Shown here piece after piece: positions 54,756 to 64,000 of a stretch of DNA of 64,000 nt. The translations under genes and the position numbers were made by a program. The stretch comes from Balneolaceae bacterium. Its GTDB lineage: Bacteria; Bacteroidota; Rhodothermia; Balneolales; Balneolaceae. The notes beneath the pieces were generated by a model, which saw only the letters and a program-made list of their open reading frames with translations, ran no database searches and was not told where the DNA came from. Numbering within the stretch: position 1 is the first letter of the stretch; each line of letters begins with the position of its first letter. Location of the stretch: the NCBI GenBank assembly GCA_040905265.1, contig JBBDRW010000187.1:1993-65992 (forward strand), written 5' to 3'.

Positions 54756-57104
54756 TTACCATCCGATTCTTCCACGGTTCGGGTCGCGTGAATCCTGACG
54801 TATCTCCGGTGCGACAGGCATGACAAATCCCGGTGGCGGTTCGAAGGCTTGGTAACTCCAGGGCGCTTCCGGGTCATTTTTCACCCTGTTGATGAAGTCG
54901 CCTACGATCGGAAGGGCACTTCTCGCGCCTTGTCCGATACTGGACACCAGTCCGACCGGGAACCGAACCCGGCGATCTTCACCTCCAACCCAGGAGCCCA
55001 TCACCATATGGGGGGTCATTGCGATAAACCAGTTGTCGGCACTGTTCTGGGTGGTTCCGGTCTTGCCTGCGATGTCCTGGGTTACATTGTATCCATTTAG
55101 AAGACGTACACCGGTTCCTCTACCCCAGTCACCTCCGTGGATTACCCCCCGCATCATATCAACCATGATATAGGCGGTCTCGGGACTGATCACCTCCTGC
55201 CGCATTTCGGGGTGGTATTCGACCAGAATGTTTCCCTCCTTGTCTTCTATCCGTGTGATGGCGATTGGCTCGATGTGAACACCATGATTGGCAAAGGTTG
55301 TGTAGGCACTCACCATTTCCAGCAGGGAGCTTTGTGCAGTTCCCAGTGCAATGGAGGGGTAGGCAGGTTCATTTTCAAGCCTGATACCCAGATTCTGGGC
55401 CATCTCTTTGATCTTTCTGGCGGCCGGTTCCAGATCCCGCGTCTGGTTTGTTCCGGGATTGCCGGCGATTTCAGGAAGAAGTCGAACCGTGACATTGTTC
55501 AAACTGCGTGCAAGTCCCTGCCGGAGTGGCACCATCTCGGGTCCGTCCGGTATAGAGGGGTCCTGTGGTGCCCAGGTGCGGCCGCTCGGCTCGATAAAGC
55601 TGATCGGGTACTTTGAAAATGTGTGCCACGGCATATAGCCGTTATCCACTGCTACAGCATATACAAACGGCTTGAAGGTTGAGCCGGTCTGCCGTCTCGA
55701 CTGGTACACGTGGTCATACTGCCGGGATCCGTAGTTGGAACCGCCAATCCACGCCAGGATGTTTCCGTTGTTTGGGTCGATGGCGACGAATCCGGCCTCC
55801 AGGCGGGTTCTGGCCCGTTTCAGGGAGTCAATATACGCTTCGTCCGCATAGAGGGAGTCGAAGACTACCGACTCCTGGTTTGTATTGTATTTTGCAAACC
55901 CGTTTTTATAGCGGTCCGATTCCCGGATAAACTCGGGCAGATAGCTCGGATACTCCTCCCAGAGTTTATCCATGTATTCACCCCTGGGGGAGGTCCATTC
56001 ACCTTCAAAAATTGGCTGCAGAGAGTCAATTTTCGAAGTCAATGCCATCTGTGCGTGGCGCTGCAGCCTTGAGTCGATCGTGGTATGGACGGTCAGCCCG
56101 TCGGCATAGAGGTCATACCCGTTCTCTTCGGTCCACTGTAACACTCTCTGCCGTATGTATTCGCCGAAATAGCGACTCTCTCGCCCGGATCTGGAGGGTG
56201 GTTGATAGTTAAGAGTGATCTCTTCCGAAACCAGGTTCCGGTAAATCTCATCCGGAATGAATCCATGCCGGTTCATCTGGTAAAGAACAGTATTTCTCCG
56301 GGCCTGCGACCGTTCAGGAAAAATTCTGGGGTTGTACATGTAGACCCCTTTCAATGTACCAATCAGGGTAGCCGCTTCTGTAATCGTCAGGTCACGGGAG
56401 GGTTTACCATAATGGGTTATTGCAGCGGATTCAATTCCGAAGGCGCTGTTGCTGAACTCTACCGTATTCAGATAGAGTTCCATGATTTCATGTTTTGTAT
56501 AGTTGTGCTCAATCTGAACCGCCGTAATCATCTCCCGGAATTTTCGGGTAATGGAAAACTCACGCCCGATTTGTCGGTACAGGTTTCTTGCAAGCTGCTG
56601 GCTGATGGTGGAGCCCCCTTGCGGATCTCCCCTGAGAATGTGGTAAGGGATGGCAAGCGTTCGGATCATATCCATTCCCCAGTGGTTAAAGAAGCGGTGA
56701 TCCTCTGTGGTGATTAGTGCGTTAATCACATTCGGGGAGATCTCATCAATCGTAACGTAACGCCGGTCTTCGATGAAGTATCGGTCCAGAACCACCCCGT
56801 CCCGGCTCACAACCTCCGATGCTACAGCAGTACGGGGGTTTTCAAGCTCGTCAATGGAGGGAAGGCCGAGAAACAGATAGATAATATAGCCGGTCAAAAA
56901 AACGGCAAGGGTGCCTCCCGCCCCAAGTAGCCCGAGCCGTACGTTGCGGGGGATTCTGTCAAAGAGGGATCGGTTTCCCTCGGGGGGAGAAGAACTCTCC
57001 CGGCTCCCGGCGGAAGCCTGGTTCTGCTCCTCCCGTACTTTTTTGCGGTATTCCGGGTCATTGAAATACCGCTCTTTGTCAAAATCTGAATGTCTGTTCA
57101 TCAA
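54756..57104 (-). CDS. mrcA: penicillin-binding protein 1A (bifunctional glycosyltransferase/transpeptidase)
   Basis: GT51 motifs (EDHRFFNHWG, GGSTISQQLARN) plus the transpeptidase motifs STFKP and KTGTT. Confidence 0.92.
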   Translation of the reverse strand: MMNRHSDFDKERYFNDPEYRKKVREEQNQASAGSRESSSPPEGNRSLFDRIPRNVRLGLLGAGGTLAVFLTGYIIYLFLGLPSIDELENPRTAVASEVVSRDGVVLDRYFIEDRRYVTIDEISPNVINALITTEDHRFFNHWGMDMIRTLAIPYHILRGDPQGGSTISQQLARNLYRQIGREFSITRKFREMITAVQIEHNYTKHEIMELYLNTVEFSNSAFGIESAAITHYGKPSRDLTITEAATLIGTLKGVYMYNPRIFPERSQARRNTVLYQMNRHGFIPDEIYRNLVSEEITLNYQPPSRSGRESRYFGEYIRQRVLQWTEENGYDLYADGLTVHTTIDSRLQRHAQMALTSKIDSLQPIFEGEWTSPRGEYMDKLWEEYPSYLPEFIRESDRYKNGFAKYNTNQESVVFDSLYADEAYIDSLKRARTRLEAGFVAIDPNNGNILAWIGGSNYGSRQYDHVYQSRRQTGSTFKPFVYAVAVDNGYMPWHTFSKYPISFIEPSGRTWAPQDPSIPDGPEMVPLRQGLARSLNNVTVRLLPEIAGNPGTNQTRDLEPAARKIKEMAQNLGIRLENEPAYPSIALGTAQSSLLEMVSAYTTFANHGVHIEPIAITRIEDKEGNILVEYHPEMRQEVISPETAYIMVDMMRGVIHGGDWGRGTGVRLLNGYNVTQDIAGKTGTTQNSADNWFIAMTPHMVMGSWVGGEDRRVRFPVGLVSSIGQGARSALPIVGDFINRVKNDPEAPWSYQAFEPPPGFVMPVAPEIRQDSRDPNRGRIGW

Positions 57105-57883
57105 TGATTGGTTCTTGTCAGCTCAGGATGGCGTGTTTTACCAGCCGGCAGGAGCTGTCGGTTTTCACTGTCCCATGTAACGAGTTCAAATACCCCATTC
57201 GTATGCAATGCAGCTGTTCGATCTTCGGAAAATGTACCTACATTTATATAGGTTCCGAAATCAAATGTTTCCACTCTTGGAACATGATCATGCCCGGATA
57301 GTATCAGGTCGGCTCTGCCCGAAGCGAGAAACTCCTTCGCCCATCGGTTCAGCCTGGATGGATCCGGGTGCGACTTCCAGCGGCTGAATCGGGAAAAATA
57401 TTTCATCAGAAACAGCCCGCCCGCCGGTGTTGTCAGGTTCTGAAAGAATGTAACAAACCAGCTGCTTCTTATCAGGCGGTGCAAGAGGGGTCTTTTTAGC
57501 CTGAATTCGGATGAGGCAAGCCCGTCTCCATGCAGCAGGAACACAAGGCTTCCCTCAAGGTTCAGAATCCGGAACTCCGGTTCAACATCGAATCCGGCAG
57601 TTGCAAAAGCTTCACGCGTCCAGTTGTCGTGGTTGCCGGTAATAAAAAGGGTCGCAGGGTTGTCTCTGTGGTACTCCTCAAATCGCTTCAGAATCTGCTT
57701 CCCGATTTCCGGGAAATCGCCGGGATACTCCATCCAGTAATCAAAAAGATCTCCGAGTATATGGATCCGCACGTGGTGCTTTTCACAGTAATCAAGAAGG
57801 GAGAAGAGATCCGATTTGATCTGCTGGTCGGTCTCTTCGTCATGTGCTCCGTAATGCAGGTCTGAAAGAAAGATATCGGGCAT
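57101..57883 (-). CDS. lpxH: UDP-2,3-diacylglucosamine diphosphatase-like metallophosphoesterase
   Basis: SDLH, GDLFD.W, GNHD and GH.H calcineurin-like motifs. Overlaps PBP1A by 4 nt. Confidence 0.75.
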   Translation of the reverse strand: MPDIFLSDLHYGAHDEETDQQIKSDLFSLLDYCEKHHVRIHILGDLFDYWMEYPGDFPEIGKQILKRFEEYHRDNPATLFITGNHDNWTREAFATAGFDVEPEFRILNLEGSLVFLLHGDGLASSEFRLKRPLLHRLIRSSWFVTFFQNLTTPAGGLFLMKYFSRFSRWKSHPDPSRLNRWAKEFLASGRADLILSGHDHVPRVETFDFGTYINVGTFSEDRTAALHTNGVFELVTWDSENRQLLPAGKTRHPELTRTNH

Positions 57884-57898
57884 AACAGTGTGTTCTCA

Positions 57899-58915
57899 TC
57901 ACTTCTTTCGGGTAATGATATAGTGAACCAGTGCTTCAAACTCACGGTACCCTTCGTTGACGGGAAGTTGACGCAGTTCCTGAAGTGCTTCTTCTGCGTA
58001 GTGAGTCATCGCCTTCCGGGATTCAGCCATTCCGTCATTATCGTGTACAAATGAGACAATCTTTTCGATATCGGCAGGAGACTTTTTCCGCTTCATCATC
58101 AGGCTTCTGATGTAAATCTGTTCAGTGGTTTTACTTTTTGCAAGTGCCTTGATCAGAGGAAGAGTCATCTTCCGCTCTTTGATATCATTTCGAGTCGGTT
58201 TTCCGATATCTTCGAGGCCATAGTCGAACAGGTCATCCTTGATCTGAAAAGCGATGCCAATCTTCATTCCTACATCATACATCCGGTTGTGTACCATCTC
58301 GTCTCCGGAGGTAGAGACAGCACCGCATTTGCAGCAAGCGGCGATCAGGCTGGCTGTTTTTTCAGAAATGATCTGATAATAGCGCTCCTCGGTCATATTA
58401 AAGAGCCGGGAGGTTTTCAGTTGCCGAAGTTCACCTTCGCTCATCTTGTTCACGGCATCAGACAGGACATGAAGCAGTTCATACTCCTTGTAGTCCAGTG
58501 CAATCAGCAGCCCCTTGGAGAGAAGGAAATCACCAAGTAGTACCCCGGCTTTGTTTCGCCAGAGCTTGTTTACACTCAGAAAACCCCGTCTCTTGTCCGC
58601 CTCATCAACCACATCATCATGAATCAGGGTAGCCGTATGGAGGAGTTCAATCATTGTGGCTGCCACATAACTTCTCTGGTCTATATCTCCAAACATACGG
58701 GCAGACATAAAGACCAGAGTCGGCCGTATCTCTTTCCCTTTCTGGCGCAAAAGGTACTGAATGATTTTATCAAGCAGATAGACATCTGTACTTACAGAGT
58801 CCCTGAAGAACTTTCGGAATTCAGAAATACTGGATTGAATAGGGCTGACGATATCGGAAAGTTGGGAGGCTTTGTCCGTTTTTGTTCCCAATATTTTGAC
58901 TGCCGGGTCACCCAT
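57899..58915 (-). CDS. polyprenyl diphosphate synthase (octaprenyl/solanesyl type)
   Basis: DDVVDEADKRRG (first DDxxD) and the second Asp-rich motif KDDLFDYG. Confidence 0.9.
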   Translation of the reverse strand: MGDPAVKILGTKTDKASQLSDIVSPIQSSISEFRKFFRDSVSTDVYLLDKIIQYLLRQKGKEIRPTLVFMSARMFGDIDQRSYVAATMIELLHTATLIHDDVVDEADKRRGFLSVNKLWRNKAGVLLGDFLLSKGLLIALDYKEYELLHVLSDAVNKMSEGELRQLKTSRLFNMTEERYYQIISEKTASLIAACCKCGAVSTSGDEMVHNRMYDVGMKIGIAFQIKDDLFDYGLEDIGKPTRNDIKERKMTLPLIKALAKSKTTEQIYIRSLMMKRKKSPADIEKIVSFVHDNDGMAESRKAMTHYAEEALQELRQLPVNEGYREFEALVHYIITRKK

Positions 58916-59060
58916 TTTTTAAAATGAAATTGGTTAAGCCTTAACGATCACGCAAAGTTAATGAATAATCAGATTAAATATTTGCAGAAAGCCGCAGGGC
59001 TATTTAGCTTTAAAAATTCTGAAACATACGAAAACAGACAATCAAAATAAGAGAACGGAT

Positions 59061-60029
59061 TTGAAAACGATAGGAGTACTAACCAGCGGAGGGGATTCAC
59101 CAGGAATGAATGCAGCAGTACGGGCAGTTGCGCGTACCGCATTCTCGTTAGATTTAACCGTAAAGGGGATATCCAGAGGTTACAACGGATTGATGAGCGG
59201 TGAGATTGTGGTACTTGAAAGGACCTCGGTTTCTCAAATTATACAACGGGGCGGCACAATTCTCAAAACAGCACGTTCTGAAGAGTTTCGAACGGTTGAA
59301 GGGCGTAAAAAAGCTGCTAAAATTTTGAAAAAGCATGGGATAGACGCACTTGTTGTGATCGGAGGTGACGGCTCGTTTACAGGAGCCTACCATCTCTCCA
59401 AAGAGCACGACATCAATGTTGTAGGTATCCCGGCAACGATTGACAACGATTTGATCGGTACGGATGAGACGATCGGGTACGATACGGCTCTCAATACTGC
59501 CATGGAGGCACTGGATAAAATCAGGGACACGGCAGATGCTCATGACCGTCTCTTTCTTGTGGAAGTGATGGGCCGGGATGCCGGTTTTATCGCTCTCGAA
59601 ACAGGCATAGCAAGTGGAGCAGAACTGATACTTCTGCCGGAGTCGATTACAAAAGTTGCGGAAGTTCGCACCTCTCTGAAAAATGTTTTGAAAGAGCAGC
59701 GCCGCAGCAGCCTTGTTGTCATTGCTGAAGGTGATGAAACCGGTGGCGCCCTTACACTTGCAGATCAGATTAAAGACGATTTCAAACAGTATGAATTGAG
59801 GGTCTGTATTCTAGGACATACCCAGCGGGGGGGGAACCCCACAGCACGGGACCGGGTATTGGCAAGCCGGCTTGGGAGTGCTGCAGTAAAGGTGCTCACC
59901 GAAGGTCACGACCGGGTTATGGTCGGTATTGTGAACAACGCAATTAAATTGACACCTTTGAAAATGGCCTGGTCAAAGAAAAAGGATATTAGCCTGGAGA
60001 TGCTTGATCTATATAAATTACTCCGATAA
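59061..60029 (+). CDS. pfkA: ATP-dependent 6-phosphofructokinase
   Basis: GVLTSGGDSPGMNA, GGDGS, PATIDND and GHTQRGG motifs. TTG start. Confidence 0.93.
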   Translation: MKTIGVLTSGGDSPGMNAAVRAVARTAFSLDLTVKGISRGYNGLMSGEIVVLERTSVSQIIQRGGTILKTARSEEFRTVEGRKKAAKILKKHGIDALVVIGGDGSFTGAYHLSKEHDINVVGIPATIDNDLIGTDETIGYDTALNTAMEALDKIRDTADAHDRLFLVEVMGRDAGFIALETGIASGAELILLPESITKVAEVRTSLKNVLKEQRRSSLVVIAEGDETGGALTLADQIKDDFKQYELRVCILGHTQRGGNPTARDRVLASRLGSAAVKVLTEGHDRVMVGIVNNAIKLTPLKMAWSKKKDISLEMLDLYKLLR

Positions 60030-60041
60030 CAAAATTTTAGG

Positions 60042-61337
60042 ATGATAGTAGCAAATACAGACGGCGCAAAACAGTTTATTACCAATACAGAAGAATTCAA
60101 AAGAGTAAAGAGTCGGGCAGAGGTCGCTTACCAGCAGGTACTGGCAGAGAAGGGGCTTGGAAGTGAGTGGCTTGGATGGAGAAGAATTCTCCGAAATCCG
60201 GACAAAGAGTCTCTTGAACATGTTGAATCCAAAGCCTCCCGGATTCGTGAGGAGGCCGATCTGTTTATTTCATGCGGAATTGGCGGGTCCTACCTCGGTG
60301 CCAGGGCGGTTATTGAGGCTCTGTCATCGCCCTTCAGGGACGAAGGGCCTGAGATTCTTTTTGCCGGCCATCATTTAGGCGGCAACTATCTGGAGAAACT
60401 TACAGAGTACCTGGAGAAACCAAAAGCGGATGGCACTGCCAAAAGTGTCTACCTGAATGTGATCTCCAAATCGGGTTCAACTCTGGAGACTGCATTGGCT
60501 TTTCGTGTCCTCCGAAAATGGATGCACCGTACCTATGGTGCAAATGCAGCAGATCGAATCGTTGTAACAACCGGGCCTCACGGAGGAGTTCTTAACAAGA
60601 TGGCCGAAACGTATGGATACGACAAATTTGTAATTCCGGATGATGTTGGAGGAAGGTTTTCCGTATTGACTCCGGTCGGCCTTTTACCGGTTGCTGTTGC
60701 AGGGATCAATATCAGAGAGCTTCTGTATGGGGCTGTAAATAAATTTCTGGAGTGTGAAGAGTCTGCAGATGATATACTTGAGTATGCTTCTCTGAGATGT
60801 GCGTTTCAGGAGAGCGGTAAAGTACTGGATGTAATCGGTTCGTTTGACCCCGAACTGAGAGCCTTTACAGGCTGGATACAGCAGCTATTAGGGGAGAGCG
60901 AGGGGAAAGAGGGGAAAGGAATGTTTCCGGTATCCGCATCTTACTCTACAGACCTGCACAGTATCGGCCAGATGATACAGCAGGGGAAAAGAAACATGAT
61001 CGAGACCTTTATGGTCGTCCATAATCCGATCACCGGGTACCAGGTGACCGGAAACGGAGAAGAGATCGACGGCCTCGATTATCTGTCCGGAAAATCGTTT
61101 CACGAAATTAACAGCAATGCGCTGGATGGTACAATTGAAGCACATATCGAAGGTGGGGTTCCGGTATTTCAGATTGTTATTGAGGCGTTGGATGCCAGGA
61201 ACCTTGGTGAACTGATCTACTTTTACGAATTGTTCACAGCCATTTATGTATACATGTTAAATGTTAATCCGTTCAATCAGCCGGGTGTAGAAGACTATAA
61301 GAAAGCGATGTTCAGAAAACTAGGGAAGGAGGGGTAG
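60042..61337 (+). CDS. pgi: glucose-6-phosphate isomerase
   Basis: GIGGSYLG, ISKSGST.ET and GR.SVL..VGL motifs. Confidence 0.9.
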   Translation: MIVANTDGAKQFITNTEEFKRVKSRAEVAYQQVLAEKGLGSEWLGWRRILRNPDKESLEHVESKASRIREEADLFISCGIGGSYLGARAVIEALSSPFRDEGPEILFAGHHLGGNYLEKLTEYLEKPKADGTAKSVYLNVISKSGSTLETALAFRVLRKWMHRTYGANAADRIVVTTGPHGGVLNKMAETYGYDKFVIPDDVGGRFSVLTPVGLLPVAVAGINIRELLYGAVNKFLECEESADDILEYASLRCAFQESGKVLDVIGSFDPELRAFTGWIQQLLGESEGKEGKGMFPVSASYSTDLHSIGQMIQQGKRNMIETFMVVHNPITGYQVTGNGEEIDGLDYLSGKSFHEINSNALDGTIEAHIEGGVPVFQIVIEALDARNLGELIYFYELFTAIYVYMLNVNPFNQPGVEDYKKAMFRKLGKEG

Positions 61338-61341
61338 GACT

Positions 61342-61986
61342 ATGATGGAGGAATCTGACCCCGAAACATTCAAATATCTTGCTGTTGCCGGAAATATAGG
61401 TGCCGGGAAATCCTCATTAACCCATCTCCTGTCCGGCCATTTCAAATGGCAGCCATTCTACGAATCGGTTGACAACAATCCCTACCTCGCCGATTTTTAT
61501 GAAGATATGCGCAGATGGAGTTTTAATCTGCAGGTCTATTTTCTCTCGAGCCGATTCAGGCGGCAGAATGAAATTCTGGGCCAAAAAAACAACCTGGTAC
61601 AGGATCGGACAATTTACGAAGATGCCGAGATTTTTGCCCGAAATCTGCATGATATGGGGCTGATGAGTGATCGGGATTATAAAAATTATCAGGCGCTTTA
61701 CAAGGAGATGCTTGCCTATCTGCAACACCCTGACCTGTTGGTTTATTTGAAAGCGGATGTACCGACTCTTGTTCGGCAGATTCAACAGCGTGGGCGGGAG
61801 TATGAAATCACGATCCGGATAGACTATCTTGAGCGGTTGAATCGACTTTATGAGGAGTGGATTCACCAGTATCCGTATGAAAAGTTGATTATTGATACGG
61901 ATGATCTCGACTATGTGAACGACAAAGAGGATCTGGGCAGAGTAATCAGCCTGATTGAGCAGCGGCTCTACGGGTTATTCCGGTAG
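61342..61986 (+). CDS. deoxynucleoside kinase
   Basis: GNIGAGKSSL P-loop, DR.I.ED..IFA motif, and the LID region RGR.YE. Confidence 0.88.
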   Translation: MMEESDPETFKYLAVAGNIGAGKSSLTHLLSGHFKWQPFYESVDNNPYLADFYEDMRRWSFNLQVYFLSSRFRRQNEILGQKNNLVQDRTIYEDAEIFARNLHDMGLMSDRDYKNYQALYKEMLAYLQHPDLLVYLKADVPTLVRQIQQRGREYEITIRIDYLERLNRLYEEWIHQYPYEKLIIDTDDLDYVNDKEDLGRVISLIEQRLYGLFR

Positions 61987-62086
61987 AGTGTATTTCCTGA
62001 AGATTCCTGAAGTTGCTGTTTCTGATTCACAGACTGTCTGTTCAGAATGATTCCATCATTGATTTAGAACGTTTTAGTTCCTAATT

Positions 62087-62620
62087 TTGGAAGCTATCGT
62101 GATTGATTCAAAACTTACATTCAAAATCCAGGAAATTCCGGATGGGCAGAGTCATCGGGAAATTGTTCTGGGAGACGACGAACTGGAGGTTGGGGAGCTG
62201 AATATAACCAGTGCAACCGTCGGGATCGATTTTTTGAAAACATCCTATTTCATCAAGGTGGATTTCAGTGTAGAGGCCGGTGTTTGGCTTCGATGTGACC
62301 GTTCGTTGGAGGAGTTTGAACAATCTGTTACGGGTCGATTTCAGGTCATATTTCAACCGGATGCAGATGAAACGGATCTAGAATCGGAGACAGACAGATG
62401 CATTGTGAAACCATTTAATGTTCATGAACTGACACTAAGCATCGATTCTGAAGTACGAGATACCATACTCCTTGAACTTCCATCCAGGAATTTACATCCG
62501 AAGTTTTATGATTCGGATGGAAAGCTACTGGAGTTTGAGACCAGAACGTTTGGGGAGGGCCGTAAGAATCGGGAAGATTCCATCGATCCACGATGGGAAG
62601 CTTTAAAAAAATTAAACTAA
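62087..62620 (+). CDS. DUF177 (YceD-like) protein
   Basis: Conserved position directly upstream of rpmF, acidic and about 175 aa. The exact start is uncertain (TTG in the track). Confidence 0.75.
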   Translation: MEAIVIDSKLTFKIQEIPDGQSHREIVLGDDELEVGELNITSATVGIDFLKTSYFIKVDFSVEAGVWLRCDRSLEEFEQSVTGRFQVIFQPDADETDLESETDRCIVKPFNVHELTLSIDSEVRDTILLELPSRNLHPKFYDSDGKLLEFETRTFGEGRKNREDSIDPRWEALKKLN

Positions 62621-62658
62621 GTCGACTGACTGAATACTAAATAGCGGAAAACGGATCT

Positions 62659-62838
62659 ATGGCACATCCAAAAAGAAAGACATCAAAATCCCGGCGAGAC
62701 AAACGCCGGTCCCATCACAAGGTAAATGAGGTGGCACTGGTTGAGTGTCCGAATTGTAATGCACTGCACAGATATCATCACGCCTGTATGGAGTGTGGTT
62801 ATTATCGCGGCCGACAGGTACTGAATACAACCAAATAA
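62659..62838 (+). CDS. rpmF: 50S ribosomal protein L32
   Basis: Not in the ORF track (59 aa). Hand translation gives MAHPKRKTSKSRRDKRRSHHKVNEVALVECPNCNALHRYHHACMECGYYRGRQVLNTTK*, with the L32 N-terminus and a CxxC...CxxC zinc ribbon. Confidence 0.93.
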   Translation: MAHPKRKTSKSRRDKRRSHHKVNEVALVECPNCNALHRYHHACMECGYYRGRQVLNTTK

Positions 62839-62853
62839 CCCAACGCTCATCCA

Positions 62854-63852
62854 ATGGTTATTGCTGTAGATGCGGCAGGTGGTGATTTTTATCCGAATAA
62901 TCCGGTTTTGGGAGCTTTGGAAGCTATCTCCGAAAAACCGGATCTTCAGATATTGCTGGTCGGTGATGAATCATCGATTCGGGACCATTTGTCAACAGCG
63001 AAAGCAGATATTGACCGGATAGGTATTTTACACGCTTCCGAAGTGATCGCTATGGATGAATCTCCCTCGTCAGCGGTCAAGAACAAACAACAATCCTCCA
63101 TTGTACTGGGATTGGGAGCACACAAGAGAGGGGAGTGCCAGGCGTTTGTGAGTGCCGGTAATACCGGTGCACTTCTGGCTGCATCCGTCTTCATTTTAGG
63201 AAAGCTCAATGGTGTACAGCGCCCAACCATCGCTGCTAACTTTCCGACAATGAAGGGGCCCAGGCTGCTGCTGGATGCCGGTGCAAACCTTGAGTTAAAG
63301 CCGGAAACCTTTCTGCAATTCGCCAAAATGGGGACGATTTATGCCCGTGAAGTATTGGGTGTGACGGACCCCTCGGTTGGACTTCTGAATGTCGGAGAGG
63401 AGCCTGAAAAGGGGACCGAACTGCTGAAAGAAGCTTTTAGTGAACTCTCCGTCCTCTCTAACTTTAAAGGAAATATTGAAGGCAGGGATATATTCTCAGC
63501 CGGAGTCGACGTCTTTCTGTGTGACGGGTATCTCGGCAATGTAATTCTGAAAATGGGGGAATCGATACCGGCTATTCTTGAGTTTGCAGTCGGGAAGACG
63601 ATGCAGGAGATGAAACTTACTTCTGTCGAGAAACAGATGGTAATCCAGGTACTCGAGCGATCATTGAAGGGATTTAATTATGAGCACATAGGCGGCGTAC
63701 CTTTCCTCGGGGTGAACGGGGTGAGTATGGTTGGCCATGGCGGCAGTTCTCCGGCAGCTATCAAAAATATGATTCTAAACGCCGCACAGTGTGTCGAGAT
63801 GGATGTTAACAGGAAGATCGTTACGTCTCTGACAACCATCGATGCAGTTTGA
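62854..63852 (+). CDS. plsX: phosphate acyltransferase
   Basis: AVDAAGGD, VSAGNTGA and LLDAGAN motifs. Confidence 0.95.
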   Translation: MVIAVDAAGGDFYPNNPVLGALEAISEKPDLQILLVGDESSIRDHLSTAKADIDRIGILHASEVIAMDESPSSAVKNKQQSSIVLGLGAHKRGECQAFVSAGNTGALLAASVFILGKLNGVQRPTIAANFPTMKGPRLLLDAGANLELKPETFLQFAKMGTIYAREVLGVTDPSVGLLNVGEEPEKGTELLKEAFSELSVLSNFKGNIEGRDIFSAGVDVFLCDGYLGNVILKMGESIPAILEFAVGKTMQEMKLTSVEKQMVIQVLERSLKGFNYEHIGGVPFLGVNGVSMVGHGGSSPAAIKNMILNAAQCVEMDVNRKIVTSLTTIDAV

Positions 63853-63861
63853 ACGAACTCT

Positions 63862-64000
63862 ATGATATTGAAAAAAGCAAAAATCAGTTCTGTCGGGCAT
63901 TTTCTGCCTGACCATATTTTGACGAATCAGGATCTGGAAAAATTGGTCGAGACCAATGATGAGTGGATCAGGACAAGAACCGGAATCCGGGAGCGGAGAA
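63862..64000 (+). CDS. fabH: 3-oxoacyl-ACP synthase III, N-terminal part (runs off the window)
   Basis: Hand translation gives [46 protein letters not shown]..., the canonical FabH N-terminus in the plsX-fabH context. Confidence 0.85.
   Translation, partial: MILKKAKISSVGHFLPDHILTNQDLEKLVETNDEWIRTRTGIRERR

Noticed and set aside
61994-62012. The tandem duplication TTCCTGAAG-A-TTCCTGAAG right after the deoxynucleoside kinase stop codon.
   Set aside because: There are only two units of 9 nt and no further copies in the window. It is most simply a slippage duplication in a spacer.

Overview
This is a 64-kb chromosomal segment of about 65 genes, almost all housekeeping. It probably comes from an FCB-group bacterium (Bacteroidota, Balneolota or Rhodothermota-like). 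The clues are a T9SS C-terminal sorting domain, atpDC separated from the rest of the atp genes, a short ATP synthase epsilon subunit, and acidic proteins. All homology calls come from reading motifs in the supplied translations; no searches were run.

Recognisable content:
- Translation and tRNA/rRNA modification: gatA, prmA, queG, tadA, rlmD, leuS, rpmF (59 aa, missing from the ORF track), and one tRNA-Leu(CAA).
- Energy and central metabolism: atpDC, nuoABCDEFGH on the minus strand (nuoI-N are not here), pfkA-pgi, coaX, apt, and a deoxynucleoside kinase.
- Envelope and lipid: an Omp85/BamA-family protein, PBP1A-lpxH-polyprenyl synthase, two PlsC-type acyltransferases, yceD-rpmF-plsX-fabH, and two SurA-like PPIases followed by MoxR and a vWA membrane protein.
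- Other: tatA, a DEAD-box helicase, an ECF sigma factor, a T9SS-secreted reprolysin-like metalloprotease, and a PVC-type heme-binding protein next to a Tat-exported TIM-barrel enzyme.

I saw no rRNA, CRISPR array, transposase, integrase or recognisable defence system.

What the gene map does not explain, in rough order of interest:
1. A two-gene phage/conflict-flavoured islet (a degenerate AAA+ pseudo-ATPase plus a phage-type HExxH metallopeptidase) next to tRNA-Leu.
2. A stem-loop repeat anchored at TAG stop codons in 3' UTRs (3 copies, covarying stem, conserved loop). Two inverted copies bracket the islet.
3. A 168-bp near-perfect palindromic element 44 nt upstream of the heme-binding gene.
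4. A 16-bp-arm perfect hairpin repeat with a one-armed second copy flanked by 7-bp direct repeats.
5. An in-frame internally deleted SDR gene remnant.
6. A 382-nt intergenic region with an orphan intrinsic terminator (candidate sRNA or leader).

None of these is proven to be a new system. The islet together with the repeat family is my best candidate.
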